A stretch of 64,000 bases of DNA, from assembly GCA_903837555.1 (NCBI GenBank), contig CAILUV010000092.1:24615-88614 (forward strand), given 5' to 3'. Position 1 is the first letter of the stretch. Each line of letters begins with the position of its first letter. Both the position numbers and the translations under genes were made by a program. The notes beneath the pieces are model-generated. The model did no database searches, was not told where the DNA came from, and was given only the letters and a program-made list of their open reading frames with translations. Positions 63,859 through 64,000 of this stretch are shown in pieces. The DNA comes from an uncultured Alphaproteobacteria bacterium. GTDB lineage: Bacteria > Pseudomonadota > Alphaproteobacteria > Micropepsales > Micropepsaceae.

Positions 63859-64000
63859 TTACCTCTTGCAATAGATGTCATGCAGCACCGCCAGGATGCG
63901 GGCGGCATCGGGATCGGCGATGGAATAGAAGATCGCCTGGCCATCCCGCCGGGTCGCGACCAGACCTTGTTCGCGCAGCCGCGCCAGGTGTTGCGACAGG
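63859..64000 (-). CDS. ArsR/SmtB family repressor (BigR/SqrR-like), 3' part only
   Basis: Hand translation LSQHLARLREQGLVATRRDGQAIFYSIADPDAARILAVLHDIYCKR*. Confidence 0.85.
   Translation of the reverse strand, partial: LSQHLARLREQGLVATRRDGQAIFYSIADPDAARILAVLHDIYCKR

Overview
GC-rich alphaproteobacterial chromosome segment (class inferred from gene order and CtrA/RegA-like motifs; finer taxonomy is not determinable here). The right part (~34.5-59 kb) is mostly housekeeping: rpmH-rnpA-yidD-yidC-yihA-argB, dapD-dapE-murI, def-fmt-truA, ffs-dnaX-recR, nudC, kdsB-pheA, cytochrome c, ghrA and an M17 peptidase with NlpC/P60. The left part (~1-31 kb) is accessory: TonB receptor-YfiR, Dcp, a lytic transglycosylase, MlaC, CHRD plus a cytochrome c-PQQ dehydrogenase fusion, DUF47-Pit-Nudix, a peptide ABC transporter flanked by two MlrC-like peptidases with a class-III aminotransferase and Lrp regulator, several exported hydrolases, and a GT2/FG-GAP/truncated acyltransferase patch ending at tRNA-Arg(ACG). 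An ArsR-rhodanese-TauE operon is cut by the right edge. I found no transposase, integrase, prophage or CRISPR array. No clearly new system is proven. The best leads are the CHRD/cytochrome c-PQQ enzyme, the double-MlrC catabolic cluster, an MHYT-sensing PleC/DivJ-like kinase and a hairpin array behind tRNA-Arg. Family assignments come from motifs recognised by eye, not database searches; some starts were moved from the ORF track.
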